The notes: a model not told the origin generated them from the letters alone. A stretch of 64,000 bases of DNA from an uncultured Bacilli bacterium (GCA_934153945.1 CAKPFM010000004.1:34469-98468), one strand, 5' to 3'; numbered from the stretch's first letter, positions 10,510 to 21,020 are shown. Translations and numbers: made by a program.

Positions 10510-11682
10510 ATGAAAAAAGTAACTATTCTAGCACTTCATTTAGGATATGGTGGTATAGAAAAATGTATAACTTCTCTAGCAAATTCATTATGTAGTGAAT
10601 ATAATGTAGAAATTATATCAACATATAAGTTAGATAATTCCCCAGCATTTCCATTAAATGAAAAAGTTGAAATTAAATATTTATTGCCTGGTAATATAAC
10701 AAAAAAAGTAGAAAAATATAAGATAGATATAAGAGGTTTAAATTTTATAAAATTAATTAAAGATATTTTTAATGATTATATAAAAAAGAAAAAAATAGGA
10801 GAATTATTTAAAGATATTAAATTAAGCTATAAAAATGTTAAAGATTGTAAAAAAGAGATGATAAAAGCTATTCAAAATTGTGATAGTGATATTATTATAT
10901 CAACTAGATATAAACATAATAAATTATTAGGAAAATATGGTAAAAGTAAATTAAAAATTGGATGGGAACACAATTATCATAATAATAATAAAAAGTATAT
11001 AAAAAATGTAGTATCATCAATTAAAAATTTAGATTATTTTGTTCTAGTAACAAAAGAACAACAAGAATTTTATCAAAAATTAACAAATACTAAATGTATC
11101 TATATACCTAATGGAATAGAAATAAAAGATAATAGATTTGCTGAATTAGATGGTAATAACTTAATATCAATAGGTAGGTTATCAAAAGAAAAAGGATTTC
11201 TAGATTTATTAGATGTTGTAGCTTATGTAAAAAAAATATATCCAGATGTTAAATTAAATTTAATTGGTGATGGACCAGAAAAAGAAAAAATAATAAAACA
11301 AATAAAACAATTAAATTTAGAAGATAATGTTGTATTACATGGATATAAAAATACAGAAGAAATAAATAATATTTTATTAGGTAGCTCTATATATGTAATG
11401 ACTTCCTTTACTGAATCCTTTGGCTTAGTATTATTAGAAGCAGCACAATTTAGAATACCATTAGTTTCTTTTAAAAATAGTGGCTCAAATGACATTATAA
11501 GTAATAATTGGGATGGATATTTAATAGAAGATAGAAATAAAGAAATAATGGCAAAAAAAATAATAGAACTATTAAAAAATAAAAATAGAAGAATAATAAT
11601 GGGTAACAATGCATATAAAAAATGTTTAAAATATGATTTAAGTAATATAATAAAAGAGTGGAAAAAACTAATAGAAAGATGA
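10510..11682 (+). CDS. Glycosyltransferase family 4
   Basis: GT-B fold with the E-x7-E motif ESFGLVLLEAAQFRIP. Confidence 0.75.
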   Translation: MKKVTILALHLGYGGIEKCITSLANSLCSEYNVEIISTYKLDNSPAFPLNEKVEIKYLLPGNITKKVEKYKIDIRGLNFIKLIKDIFNDYIKKKKIGELFKDIKLSYKNVKDCKKEMIKAIQNCDSDIIISTRYKHNKLLGKYGKSKLKIGWEHNYHNNNKKYIKNVVSSIKNLDYFVLVTKEQQEFYQKLTNTKCIYIPNGIEIKDNRFAELDGNNLISIGRLSKEKGFLDLLDVVAYVKKIYPDVKLNLIGDGPEKEKIIKQIKQLNLEDNVVLHGYKNTEEINNILLGSSIYVMTSFTESFGLVLLEAAQFRIPLVSFKNSGSNDIISNNWDGYLIEDRNKEIMAKKIIELLKNKNRRIIMGNNAYKKCLKYDLSNIIKEWKKLIER

Positions 11683-11686
11683 TAAT

Positions 11687-12256
11687 ATGGAAGAAATAAT
11701 TCATAGTATTACAGTATGGATTCAGAATTTTGTTTTAAATAATAATATATTTATTAGTTTATTTATAGGTTCTTTTATAGTTGTACTAGAATCAATTTTA
11801 CCATTTTTACCACTAGCTGTTTTTATAGCAATTAATGTGATTGCCTTTGGACCTGTTATAGGTTTTATCTTATCATACATTTCAACAATTATAGGTTGTA
11901 CATTAAGTTTTTATTTAGTGAGAAGTTTAAGAAAATATAATAATTCAGAATTTATTCAAAAATTAGTTGATAAATTTGAATCTATGAAATTTAGCAATTT
12001 AGTAATTATTACAGCTGTTCCATTTACTCCCGCTTTTTCAATTAATATAGCAGCAGGTCTATCTAAAATGGAATATAAAAAATTTTTAGGAGTATTAATA
12101 ATCGCTAAATTATCTACTATTTATTTTTGGGGATTTATAGGCACAACCTTACTAGAAAGTATTACTGATATAACAGTTATATCAAAAGTATTAGTATTAC
12201 TTCTAGCAACTTATATTCTTTCAAAAATGATAATGAAACATTTTGATATATGTTAG
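11687..12256 (+). CDS. DedA/TVP38 (SNARE-associated) family membrane protein
   Basis: Polytopic membrane protein of 189 aa with the DedA-type pattern. Confidence 0.6.
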   Translation: MEEIIHSITVWIQNFVLNNNIFISLFIGSFIVVLESILPFLPLAVFIAINVIAFGPVIGFILSYISTIIGCTLSFYLVRSLRKYNNSEFIQKLVDKFESMKFSNLVIITAVPFTPAFSINIAAGLSKMEYKKFLGVLIIAKLSTIYFWGFIGTTLLESITDITVISKVLVLLLATYILSKMIMKHFDIC

Positions 12257-13329
12257 GAGGATTTATGGAGTATTTAATAATAATTTTATTAATAGTAATT
12301 TTAATATTAGTTATATTATCTTTATCAAAAAATATAAATGAATCAAATATAACTGAAAGACTTGGAAAATTAGAAACAAATATGATAAAAGAAGTAAGTG
12401 AATTTAAAGGAGATATCAATAAAGATTTAAATGAAAATTTTATTAAAGTTAATGATAAATTAGAAGAAAGATTAAGATTAATTAATGATGCAGTAAATGA
12501 AAGATTAGATCAAAATTTTGAAAAAACAAATAAAACATTTAATTCTATACTAGAAAGAATTTCAAAAATAGATGAAGCTCAAAAGAAAATTGATAGTTTA
12601 TCTAATGATATAGTATCATTACAAGGAGTATTAACTGATAAAAAAACAAGAGGTATTTTTGGAGAAGTAAATTTACAAAATATTATGTCTAATGTATTTG
12701 GCGATAATAGCAAGGTATATAAAATGCAAGAAAAAATGCCTAATGGAACTATAGTAGATTGTGCACTATATGCTCCAGAACCATTAGGTTTAGTTGGAAT
12801 TGATTCTAAATTTCCACTTGAAAACTATCGTAATATGGTTGATAGAAATAATGATATTAAAAAAAGAGAAGAGTCAGTTAAATTATTTAAACTTGATATG
12901 AAAAAACATATAGATGCGATTGCTGATAAATATATTATTCCAGGAGTTACAAGTGATCAAGCAATTCTATTTTTACCAGCAGAAGCTATTTTTGCAGAAC
13001 TTAATGCATATCATACTGATATAATTGATTATGCTTATAAAAGAAGAGTTTGGATAACAAGTCCTACTACATTAATGAGTACTTTAACTACTATTCAAGT
13101 TATAATCAAAAATATTGAAAGAGATAAATATGCATCTATTATTCATAATGAATTGAAATTATTAGATATAGAATTCAAAAGATATAAAGATAGATGGGAT
13201 AAATTAGCTCATAATATTGATAATGTATCAAGAGATGTAAAAGATATATATACAACTACTGATAAAATTAGTAAAAGATTTGATTCTATTAATCAAGTAG
13301 AAGTAGAAAAAATTACTTATGAAGAATGA
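12250..13329 (+). CDS. rmuC: DNA recombination protein RmuC
   Basis: N-terminal TM segment, long coiled coil and C-terminal RmuC domain. Overlaps the dedA stop. Confidence 0.7.
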   Translation: MLGGFMEYLIIILLIVILILVILSLSKNINESNITERLGKLETNMIKEVSEFKGDINKDLNENFIKVNDKLEERLRLINDAVNERLDQNFEKTNKTFNSILERISKIDEAQKKIDSLSNDIVSLQGVLTDKKTRGIFGEVNLQNIMSNVFGDNSKVYKMQEKMPNGTIVDCALYAPEPLGLVGIDSKFPLENYRNMVDRNNDIKKREESVKLFKLDMKKHIDAIADKYIIPGVTSDQAILFLPAEAIFAELNAYHTDIIDYAYKRRVWITSPTTLMSTLTTIQVIIKNIERDKYASIIHNELKLLDIEFKRYKDRWDKLAHNIDNVSRDVKDIYTTTDKISKRFDSINQVEVEKITYEE

Positions 13330-13333
13330 AAAT

Positions 13334-13361
13334 TTAAGTTCATCAAATTAGATGAACTTAA
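13334..13361. terminator. Perfect 11-bp hairpin between the convergent rmuC and LysR genes
   Basis: ttaagttcatc-aaatta-gatgaacttaa. A short U-run follows on the minus strand. Confidence 0.4.
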
Positions 13362-13402
13362 AAATTAGTAAGAAATTAAATGTAGAAATTTTTACAAGAT
13401 AA

Positions 13403-14284
13403 TTAAGATATATTTTGCAATATATCAATAAATTTAGATGCAGTGAAACTAGGAATACTATTATTTTTAATGGCATATCCTAGTTTTCTTTTTGGTATTT
13501 CTATATCAGTTTTAATTTCATATAGTGTTTTATTCAATTTATTAATAATAAATTCTTTCGTTAAAAGAGCTATTCCAAAATCATTTTCCGCAAAATTACT
13601 TAATAAAATATGACTCACTACTTCTATTTTAGGTTTACATTCTAAATTATTTTTTATTAAAAATTCATCAAAATTATTTCTATTTACGGAAGGTTTTTTT
13701 TGAAGTAAAATATCTTCTTTCAATAATTCATTAATATTTTTAAATGATATATTTTTATATTTTTCTCCACCAACAAATATGTCATTTAAAGGTGTTATTA
13801 ATTTATAATTTATGTCATTTATTTTATAATTTGGAATAGCAGTAATAATAATATCCAATGAACCATCCCTTAACCTTTTTATTAAATTTTCGGTTAAATC
13901 ATTTGTAATACTAATATCAATTTTAGGGTATTTATTATGAAATTTTTTTAAATATGGTAATAAAAAATTTTCTGAAATAGTTGTAGTCGAACCGATATTT
14001 ATAATTCCTTCATCTAAATTTTTTAGTGCTGCAAATTTATTTGAACCATTAACAAAGTAATTCATACCATCCTTTATATAATTAAATAATATTTTTCCCT
14101 CATTTGTTAATATTACCCCTTTAGGTGTTCTTATAAATAATTTACCACCCAATTGTTCTTCTAATGTTTTAATTGATTGAGTTACTGCAGGTTGACTAAT
14201 CATAAGTTTTTCTGCACCCTTTGATATACTTTTTTCGATAGTGACTTCATAGAAAACTTTATATAATTCAAAATTTATATTCAT
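13403..14284 (-). CDS. LysR-family transcriptional regulator
   Basis: N-terminal wHTH (ISQPAVTQSIKTLEEQLG) and a substrate-binding domain. 293 aa. Confidence 0.9.
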   Translation of the reverse strand: MNINFELYKVFYEVTIEKSISKGAEKLMISQPAVTQSIKTLEEQLGGKLFIRTPKGVILTNEGKILFNYIKDGMNYFVNGSNKFAALKNLDEGIINIGSTTTISENFLLPYLKKFHNKYPKIDISITNDLTENLIKRLRDGSLDIIITAIPNYKINDINYKLITPLNDIFVGGEKYKNISFKNINELLKEDILLQKKPSVNRNNFDEFLIKNNLECKPKIEVVSHILLSNFAENDFGIALLTKEFIINKLNKTLYEIKTDIEIPKRKLGYAIKNNSIPSFTASKFIDILQNIS

Positions 14285-14299
14285 TTTATATCTCCTTCA

Positions 14300-14316
14300 T
14301 ATAAGTAATGCTTATA
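14300..14316. promoter_or_regulatory. LTTR-type T-N11-A box (tATAAG-taatg-CTTATa) in the divergent promoter
   Basis: Palindrome 16 bp upstream of the LysR start codon. It lies between LysR and the divergent 14388 gene. A half-site copy cataagtaat lies downstream. Confidence 0.4.
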
Positions 14317-14387
14317 TATGACATAAGTAATATATATTTGTATTATATATAAAAAAATACTATAATACAAGTGAAAGAAGGAAAAAT

Positions 14388-15467
14388 ATGAAAAAAAGAG
14401 ACATAATAAGATTAATAAAAAATATGGAAATAATTAATAATAGTGAATTGTTATCATTATATGAATATTGTATGCATAGTGATACTGCTTTAAACAATTT
14501 AAAACATTTAATAAAAAATAATAGTGAATTAAGGACTTTATATGATAAAGGAAAAAAAGCACAACAAGAATACAATGATTTCAAATTAAATTGTAATCAT
14601 CCAATAAGAATTAGAAAAGGAAATGAAGATGATTGGGATCCCTTTAATAGGTCATATTATTCATATAAATGCAAATGTATATTTTGTGGTCATGAAATTT
14701 TAGAAAAAAAATCAATTACTAACTGGATTGACTCATATTATTATAATGACTGTGTTTATATAAATGATCATAATTTAGGTGTATGGAATTACATATTAAA
14801 TATATTACTTAATAAAAAAGATGATGACGAAATTGATTTTGTTAAAGAATTTAAAAAACTAAATTTGGATTCTGGTATTTGTGAGATAAATGATAAAAAA
14901 AGAATAGAAAATAATATTTTGATAATCAATGATTGTGAACAGGATGAAGATGTTAATTCAAAGTTTATAAAGAAAGAACTATCTATATTAAAAAATCTTT
15001 TAAAAATAGATAATTTAAGAATTAAAATATTTTCTGATTGCATTTGTTCAGAAAGAAAATATAGAAAAAATATGTATGAATTATGTAGTAAAAAAGATCA
15101 ATTTTTATTTAATGAAAATTTTGATGCAGTTGGACAAGATTTTTGTACTTTAGAAGAGGAGTTAGAAGGAATTAAAGAAATGCATATTCCTGTTAAACTA
15201 GTAATCAATTTTTCTTCACATAATTACTACGACAATAATGGCAATGAGGTATTAATTGATAAGTTTATTAAGAATATGTTTCCTAATTGTACTATTATTA
15301 ATTTAAAAAAATCTGATTTAACAAAATTAAATTCAAAAATGATTCAAGAACTAACTAATTATATACAAAATGTAGTTAATTCTGAATTTGATTATAATCA
15401 AGAAGATATAAAAAAATTTGTAAAGAAATATGAGATGGAAAAAAATGGACAAATTACTAAAGGATAA
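14388..15467 (+). CDS. Hypothetical Cys-rich protein, divergent from LysR
   Basis: 359 aa. Contains the cluster CNH...CKCIFCGH, which may be a zinc ribbon. I do not recognise a family. Confidence 0.5.
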   Translation: MKKRDIIRLIKNMEIINNSELLSLYEYCMHSDTALNNLKHLIKNNSELRTLYDKGKKAQQEYNDFKLNCNHPIRIRKGNEDDWDPFNRSYYSYKCKCIFCGHEILEKKSITNWIDSYYYNDCVYINDHNLGVWNYILNILLNKKDDDEIDFVKEFKKLNLDSGICEINDKKRIENNILIINDCEQDEDVNSKFIKKELSILKNLLKIDNLRIKIFSDCICSERKYRKNMYELCSKKDQFLFNENFDAVGQDFCTLEEELEGIKEMHIPVKLVINFSSHNYYDNNGNEVLIDKFIKNMFPNCTIINLKKSDLTKLNSKMIQELTNYIQNVVNSEFDYNQEDIKKFVKKYEMEKNGQITKG

Positions 15468-16029
15468 GGTAGACAATTTAACTAATATAACTAAGGCAAA
15501 ATGTTTATCTTCTAAAATAATGTATTCCGGCAATTTCATAAATTTAATAGAGGAAAAATATTTACTTCCAAATGGTATTATAATGAAAAGAGAAAAAATT
15601 ATAAAAAATAAAAGTAAACAGGCAGTTATTATTGTGGCGGTAACGGATGAAAATAAATATATTTTGGTATCACAAAATAGAATTAATAATATGACAACAT
15701 TGGAATTTCCTTCTGGATATATAGAAAAAAATGAAAGTGTTAAAGATGCAAGTATTAGAGAATTATTAGAAGAAACTGGTTATATATCAAACAATATTGA
15801 ATTTATAGATAATTATTACGCACAAATTGGAATAGATAGTTCTATTATTAATATTGTTATTGCATATAATTGCAAAAGAACAAAACAACAAAATTTGGGA
15901 AAATATGAGTATATTAATTTCGATGAATTTACTTTTGAAGAATTAAAATCACTAATTGAATCAAATTATATAAAAAGTGTTGGAAATAAATTGGCATTTT
16001 ATGAATTATTAAATATTGGCAGGATTTGA
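15430..16029 (+). CDS. NUDIX hydrolase (ADP-ribose pyrophosphatase-like)
   Basis: Nudix box with RELLEETGY. Its start overlaps the upstream gene. Confidence 0.8.
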   Translation: MRWKKMDKLLKDKVDNLTNITKAKCLSSKIMYSGNFINLIEEKYLLPNGIIMKREKIIKNKSKQAVIIVAVTDENKYILVSQNRINNMTTLEFPSGYIEKNESVKDASIRELLEETGYISNNIEFIDNYYAQIGIDSSIINIVIAYNCKRTKQQNLGKYEYINFDEFTFEELKSLIESNYIKSVGNKLAFYELLNIGRI

Positions 16030-16040
16030 TTCCTGCCTTT

Positions 16041-16072
16041 AAAATAAAAAAATAACTTCTTTCGAAGTTATT
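16041..16072 (-). terminator. rpsD intrinsic terminator
   Basis: aataacttc-tttc-gaagttatt hairpin, followed by a U-run on the minus strand (an A-run at 16041-16050 on plus). Confidence 0.6.
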
Positions 16073-16670
16073 ATCTATTGTAGAATTCAACTATTAATGA
16101 TTCATTAATTTCTTGGTTAAGTTCACTTCTTTCTGGAAGTCTAACATAAGTACCAGATAATTTATTTTCATCAAATGTAACAAATTCAACACGGTTATGA
16201 GTTGCTTCTAAAGCAGCTTTAATTGCTGGATGATTAACTGATTGTTCTTTAACAGCTATAACATCTCCAACTTTACATCTGTAAGATGGAATATCTACTT
16301 TTTTACCATTTACAGTAATATGTCCATGATTAACTAGTTGTCTAGCTCCTCTTCTTGTAGTAGCAAATCCTAAACGATATACTAAATTGTCTAAACGACT
16401 TTCTAGTAATCTTAAGAAGTTTTCACCGTGAACACCTTTAATTTTACCAGCATCTTCAAATATTTTTTTGAATTGTTTTTCATTAACACCATACATGAAT
16501 CTAACTTTTTGTTTTTCTTGTAATTGTGTTCCATAATCTGATAATTTCTTTCTATCATTACCATGTTGTCCTGGAGCATAAGCTCTCTTAGCTAAATCTT
16601 TACCGTTTTCTAATACTGAAAATCCTAAACGACGTGATTTTCTATTAATAGAACCAGTGTATCTTGCCAT
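16071..16670 (-). CDS. rpsD: 30S ribosomal protein S4
   Basis: Starts MARYTGS...RRLG. 199 aa. Confidence 0.95.
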   Translation of the reverse strand: MARYTGSINRKSRRLGFSVLENGKDLAKRAYAPGQHGNDRKKLSDYGTQLQEKQKVRFMYGVNEKQFKKIFEDAGKIKGVHGENFLRLLESRLDNLVYRLGFATTRRGARQLVNHGHITVNGKKVDIPSYRCKVGDVIAVKEQSVNHPAIKAALEATHNRVEFVTFDENKLSGTYVRLPERSELNQEINESLIVEFYNR

Positions 16671-16862
16671 ATAAATTTCCTCCTTTTATATTTACAAAAC
16701 ATCTGGCCTGTTTACCAAGTATTAGGGTGTTTATTTGAATATCTTCGCTTTGCAGCTGAAAGTTACACAATAACCTTTATAGTAATAAACACGTTAACAC
16801 TTTTAAACAGTGCTGCTAGATGAATGCACTAGTATTATAGAAAAATATTATTATTTTGTCAA
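16671..16862 (-). promoter_or_regulatory. rpsD promoter and roughly 155-nt leader
   Basis: Minus-strand TTGACA (16857-16862), 17-nt spacer, TATAAT (16834-16839). The long untranslated leader fits S4 autoregulation. Confidence 0.5.
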
Positions 16863-16949
16863 TGTTTTAGAACTAATTTGTGATAAAATCTAAAAAAATA
16901 TTTCAAAAAACAAATATATATGATAAAATTGTAATAGAATAAAGTCGAG

Positions 16950-18674
16950 GTGGATAAAGTGGATACAATAATACTGATTATGGTGAGTTTTGTAATTCTA
17001 GCAACTATTATAATTGTTACAGTATTAGTACTACTTACTAAGGGCAAGAATAATCAATATAAAAAGCAATTGGAAAACTTAGAAATAGAAAAAAATAAAT
17101 TGGATAGTGTTCCAATAATACCAGAATTAACCAAGGTAGAATCTTATTTAAATAATGAAAAGCTAGAATCTATGTATAATAATTGGAAAGATAGATTAGA
17201 TGTTATTAGAACTAATCAGATTCCTAAAATAACTGATATGTTACTAGAAGCAGATTATTCATTATCACAAAAAGATTATAAAGCTACAATATATAAAATA
17301 GCTAAACTTGAAATGGAAATATATAAAGTAAGAACTAATTCTGATTTTTTATTAAAAGAAATAAAAGAAATAACTAGTAGTGAGGAAAGAAGTAGAACAT
17401 TAATTACTAAATTAAAAACTGAATATCGTGATTTATATGAAAAATATAATAAAGATAGAGAATCATATGGTGAGTTAGCTGAACCAGTTGAATTACAGTT
17501 TGAAACAATTGCTAAAAGATTTGAAGATTTTGAGGCTGTAATGGAATCAAATGAATTTTTAGAGGTTAATGATTTAATAAAAGCAATTGATGAAATGATT
17601 AAACATATGAGTAATGTTGTAGAAGAATTACCAAGTATAATATTAATGTGTAAGACAATATTACCTAAAAAAATAGAAGAAGTACAAAATGAATATAATA
17701 GAATGGTTAAGGAAGGATATCCACTAGACTATTTAAATATTGAGTACAATATTGATGAAGCAAATAAAAAGATAAGTGATATTTATGATAGAGCAAAAGT
17801 TTTAAATTTAGAAGATAGTTTATTTGAACTTAAGATATTAGCAGAATATTTTGATTCAGTATTTAATGATTATGAAAAAGAAAAAGTTGATAAATCTGAA
17901 TTTGAAGATATTGAAAAATTAATTGTTAAAAAATTAAAAAAATTAAATAAAATTGTAAATGAAATTTTTAATCAATTAGATGAAATAAGAAATGTATATA
18001 ATTTATCTAATGAAAATATTAATGTTTTATATCAAATTAAAGAAGAAGTTGAAAAATTAAATGAAGATTACAAAACTTTAGTAGATCATACTTCTAATAA
18101 TACATTTGCTTATTCTAAGTTATCTAACGAAATGGAAAATTTAAATTTACGAGTAGCTAGTGTTGAACAAAGTCTAGATTCAGTATTAGATTCATTAGGT
18201 AATATGCAAGATGATGAACAAAGAGCTAGACAACAATTAGAAGAAATTAAAACAATATTGAAAGATTCTAAAAATAAAATTAAAGAATATAATTTACCTA
18301 TTATACCAAGTAATTATTTTGTAGAATTAAATGAAGCTCAAGTAGCTATTAAAGAAATAATAAAAGAACTTGATAAAAAACCAATTACAATAGAAGTTTT
18401 AAATACAAGAGTTGATACAGCTCGTGATTTAGTTTTAAAATTGTATAAAACAACAAAAGAAATGACAAAAACTGCTATGTTTGCTGAATTAGCTATCGTA
18501 TATGGTAATAGATATCGTAGTGAAGAAAATGAATTAGATAAATACTTAACATATGCTGAAAAATTATTTTATAAAGGTGAATATCAAAAATCTTTAGAAA
18601 TAAGTATTAATTCATTAAATAGAGTAGAAAAAGGAATATATGATAAATTATTAACTTTATATTCTGATAAATAG
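16950..18674 (+). CDS. ezrA: Septation ring formation regulator EzrA
   Basis: N-terminal TM segment followed by about 540 aa of coiled-coil repeats. 574 aa. GTG start after a GAGGTGG RBS. Confidence 0.75.
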   Translation: MDKVDTIILIMVSFVILATIIIVTVLVLLTKGKNNQYKKQLENLEIEKNKLDSVPIIPELTKVESYLNNEKLESMYNNWKDRLDVIRTNQIPKITDMLLEADYSLSQKDYKATIYKIAKLEMEIYKVRTNSDFLLKEIKEITSSEERSRTLITKLKTEYRDLYEKYNKDRESYGELAEPVELQFETIAKRFEDFEAVMESNEFLEVNDLIKAIDEMIKHMSNVVEELPSIILMCKTILPKKIEEVQNEYNRMVKEGYPLDYLNIEYNIDEANKKISDIYDRAKVLNLEDSLFELKILAEYFDSVFNDYEKEKVDKSEFEDIEKLIVKKLKKLNKIVNEIFNQLDEIRNVYNLSNENINVLYQIKEEVEKLNEDYKTLVDHTSNNTFAYSKLSNEMENLNLRVASVEQSLDSVLDSLGNMQDDEQRARQQLEEIKTILKDSKNKIKEYNLPIIPSNYFVELNEAQVAIKEIIKELDKKPITIEVLNTRVDTARDLVLKLYKTTKEMTKTAMFAELAIVYGNRYRSEENELDKYLTYAEKLFYKGEYQKSLEISINSLNRVEKGIYDKLLTLYSDK

Positions 18675-18682
18675 GAGAGATT

Positions 18683-19021
18683 ATGAAAAAATATGTAGTA
18701 ATTTTGTTATCAATTATCTGTTTAACTGGTTGTGGAAAGAAGAAAGTTGATCCACTATTAGGAATATGGGAAACTAATTATGAACTAGGATCATTTGGTA
18801 TTATAACTGAAAAATATGAATTTAAAGAAAATGGATTATGTACTAAGACATTAGATATGGGATCAACCATTGTTGAAGATTGTACTTATGAATTTAATGA
18901 AGATAAGACTCAGATAAAGATGGTTTGGGATAGCAAACAAAATAAAAATGAGTATATAAATTTTTCATTGAATGATAATATATTGATAATAGGTACAAGG
19001 GAATATCAAAAAAAAGATTAG
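18683..19021 (+). CDS. Small lipoprotein
   Basis: Signal peptide with lipobox LTGC. Confidence 0.6.
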   Translation: MKKYVVILLSIICLTGCGKKKVDPLLGIWETNYELGSFGIITEKYEFKENGLCTKTLDMGSTIVEDCTYEFNEDKTQIKMVWDSKQNKNEYINFSLNDNILIIGTREYQKKD

Positions 19022-19032
19022 TTTAATATAAA

Positions 19033-19058
19033 GGTACTTGAAAAAAGTATCTTTTTTT
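19033..19058 (+). terminator. Intrinsic terminator
   Basis: ggtactt-gaaaaa-aagtatc followed by T7. Confidence 0.6.
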
Positions 19059-19155
19059 GATAGACTGATAATGTAAATAAAAATAGTAATATAGTTTCAT
19101 GTAGTGATAAGATAGAAAATTAAATCAAAAAATAACGAGTATGCTATATGTAAAC

Positions 19156-19165
19156 GGGGGGGGGG
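19156..19165. repeat. G10 homopolymeric tract in the pilin-like gene promoter
   Basis: Ten consecutive G in a genome that is otherwise extremely AT-rich, about 50 bp upstream of the 19216 start. Confidence 0.9.
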
Positions 19166-19215
19166 TAATTTTACTAACCCTTTTTTTATTGCTTAAAATA
19201 GAAGGAGAATGAAAA

Positions 19216-20292
19216 ATGAAAAGAAAAGGATTTACGCTTGTGGAGTTATTAGCGGTAATAGTAATATTATCGGTAATAGCGTTAATCGCAACACCAATGA
19301 TATTAAACATAATAGAAGAAACCAAAAAAAGAAGCCTCGAAAATAGTGTTAAAGGACTATTAGAAGCATCAAATTATTTTGCAATAGAAAATAATGGAGT
19401 ATATGAATTTATATTTGATGAAACACATAAAGGAACAACAAAACAAGGAGAAAGATTAGATTATAAAGGAGAACTAGATGCAAAAGGAAAACTATATATA
19501 GATGAAGAAGGAGATATAAGTTTATGTGTATATAATGATAAATACTATGCATATAAAAATTATAATAGTGGAGTAATAATAGGAGAAAAAAGTAAAGATA
19601 ATTGTAATATAGATTATGATGGATTAACAAATAAGTATGTAGCTTACTTAGAAAGCGAAGGAATGAGTAGTAATGTATATACGAAAGAAGAAGTAAATGA
19701 ATTAGTTAGTAATTTAACAACAGAAATAAGTAGTTTAAAAAATAAAATTGAAGAATTAGAAAGCAATAATTATGCAACCAAGGAAGAATTAACAAATACA
19801 AGTGATAATTTAACAAATACAATTAATGAAAATAAAGCAAACATTGATAGTGTAAAAAATGGTTTAAATGAATATGCATTAAAAAGTGAATTAAGTAATA
19901 CAAATAATAATTTGATAACTACTAACAGTAATTTAGATGCTTTGACTAGTATTGTTAATAATAATAAATCTAATATAAATAATTTATCTACAAGCATTAA
20001 TAGTATAAAAGCACAAATTGGAACAAATTTTTATTCATTTAGTTATGATACCGGAGTACGTGGTTCAGAAATAACAAATGATATGATTATCAATGCATTA
20101 AAAATGGTTCCAGCCTCTTCAACATTTTTTGTTGTATATTTTAAATGTTTAGAAGGACAAAATGCTTCCTTAATTGGTTATAATTTGGGTAAGGAATATG
20201 GAACAGGATTATACTTTAATTACTATACTTCATCTTTAGTTTATAAATGGAAAAGTGAACTATATAATATAACATTAACTGAAGTTAAATAA
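19216..20292 (+). CDS. Prepilin-type (class III signal) N-terminal domain protein, paralog 1
   Basis: MKRKG|FTLVELLAVIVIL... with G-1/F+1/E+5 and a hydrophobic helix. AAGGAGA RBS. 358 aa, with an Asn-rich coiled region and a C-terminal globular part. Confidence 0.75.
   Translation: MKRKGFTLVELLAVIVILSVIALIATPMILNIIEETKKRSLENSVKGLLEASNYFAIENNGVYEFIFDETHKGTTKQGERLDYKGELDAKGKLYIDEEGDISLCVYNDKYYAYKNYNSGVIIGEKSKDNCNIDYDGLTNKYVAYLESEGMSSNVYTKEEVNELVSNLTTEISSLKNKIEELESNNYATKEELTNTSDNLTNTINENKANIDSVKNGLNEYALKSELSNTNNNLITTNSNLDALTSIVNNNKSNINNLSTSINSIKAQIGTNFYSFSYDTGVRGSEITNDMIINALKMVPASSTFFVVYFKCLEGQNASLIGYNLGKEYGTGLYFNYYTSSLVYKWKSELYNITLTEVK
19250..19319 (+). repeat. 70-nt segment that is near-identical (1 mismatch) to 62488-62557
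   Basis: By direct comparison, the 5' coding region of pilin-like paralogs 1 and 3 is almost the same. Confidence 0.85.
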
Positions 20293-20310
20293 ATCTAATT
20301 ATAATTTATA

Positions 20311-20342
20311 AAAAAATATATTGTTAATTCAATATATTTTTT
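20311..20342. terminator. Bidirectional terminator between the pilin-like gene and clpP
   Basis: A-run, atatattg-ttaatt-caatatat, T-run. Confidence 0.6.
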
Positions 20343-20910
20343 ATAATATTTTATCAATTATTCCATAATTTACTGCTTCATCAGGTTCCATATAATAGTC
20401 TCTTTCTGTATCCTTTTCAACTTGTTTTAAATCCTTTTTTGTATTGATAGACAATATTTTATTTAATTTGTCTTTTAATTTTAAAATCCTTTCGGCAGCA
20501 ATTTTAATTTCAGTAGCTTGACCTTGAACACCACCTAGAGGTTGATGAATCATTATTTCACTATTTTTTAATGAATATCTTTTTCCATTCGTACCACTAC
20601 TAAGTAAAAATGCCGCCATACTTGCTGCCATACCAACACATATAGTAGAAACATCACTTTTAATAAAATTCATTGTATCATAAATGGCCATTCCCGCTGT
20701 AACAGATCCTCCTGGAGAATTAATATAAATACTAATATCATTATTGTTAACTGAATCAAGATATAATAATTCAGCAACTATAGCATTAGAAACTTCATCT
20801 GTAATTTCACCACTTAAAATGATAATTCTATCTTTAAGCAATCTAGAATATATATCATAAACCCTTTCACTATGATTGTTTTTTTCAATAACTGTTGGTA
20901 CTAAATTCAT
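20341..20910 (-). CDS. clpP: ATP-dependent Clp protease proteolytic subunit
   Basis: Ser-His-Asp triad context ([15 protein letters not shown]). 189 aa. Confidence 0.95.
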   Translation of the reverse strand: MNLVPTVIEKNNHSERVYDIYSRLLKDRIIILSGEITDEVSNAIVAELLYLDSVNNNDISIYINSPGGSVTAGMAIYDTMNFIKSDVSTICVGMAASMAAFLLSSGTNGKRYSLKNSEIMIHQPLGGVQGQATEIKIAAERILKLKDKLNKILSINTKKDLKQVEKDTERDYYMEPDEAVNYGIIDKIL

Positions 20911-21020
20911 ATTATCACCTCTAATTTTATATTAGTAAAAAAATAAATAAATATTCATTAAAAAATGTGACAAAATACTTAATATTTGATAAAATGGTAT
21001 TAGAGTAAGAGAGGGATAAA

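Noticed and set aside
16859-17047. 62-aa minus-strand ORF
   Set aside because: It lies across the divergent rpsD/ezrA promoter and the start of ezrA, and has no RBS.
20911-21020. CtsR operator (GGTCAAA direct heptads) upstream of clpP
   Set aside because: It is not present on either strand. The clpP promoter region is plain AT-rich sequence.
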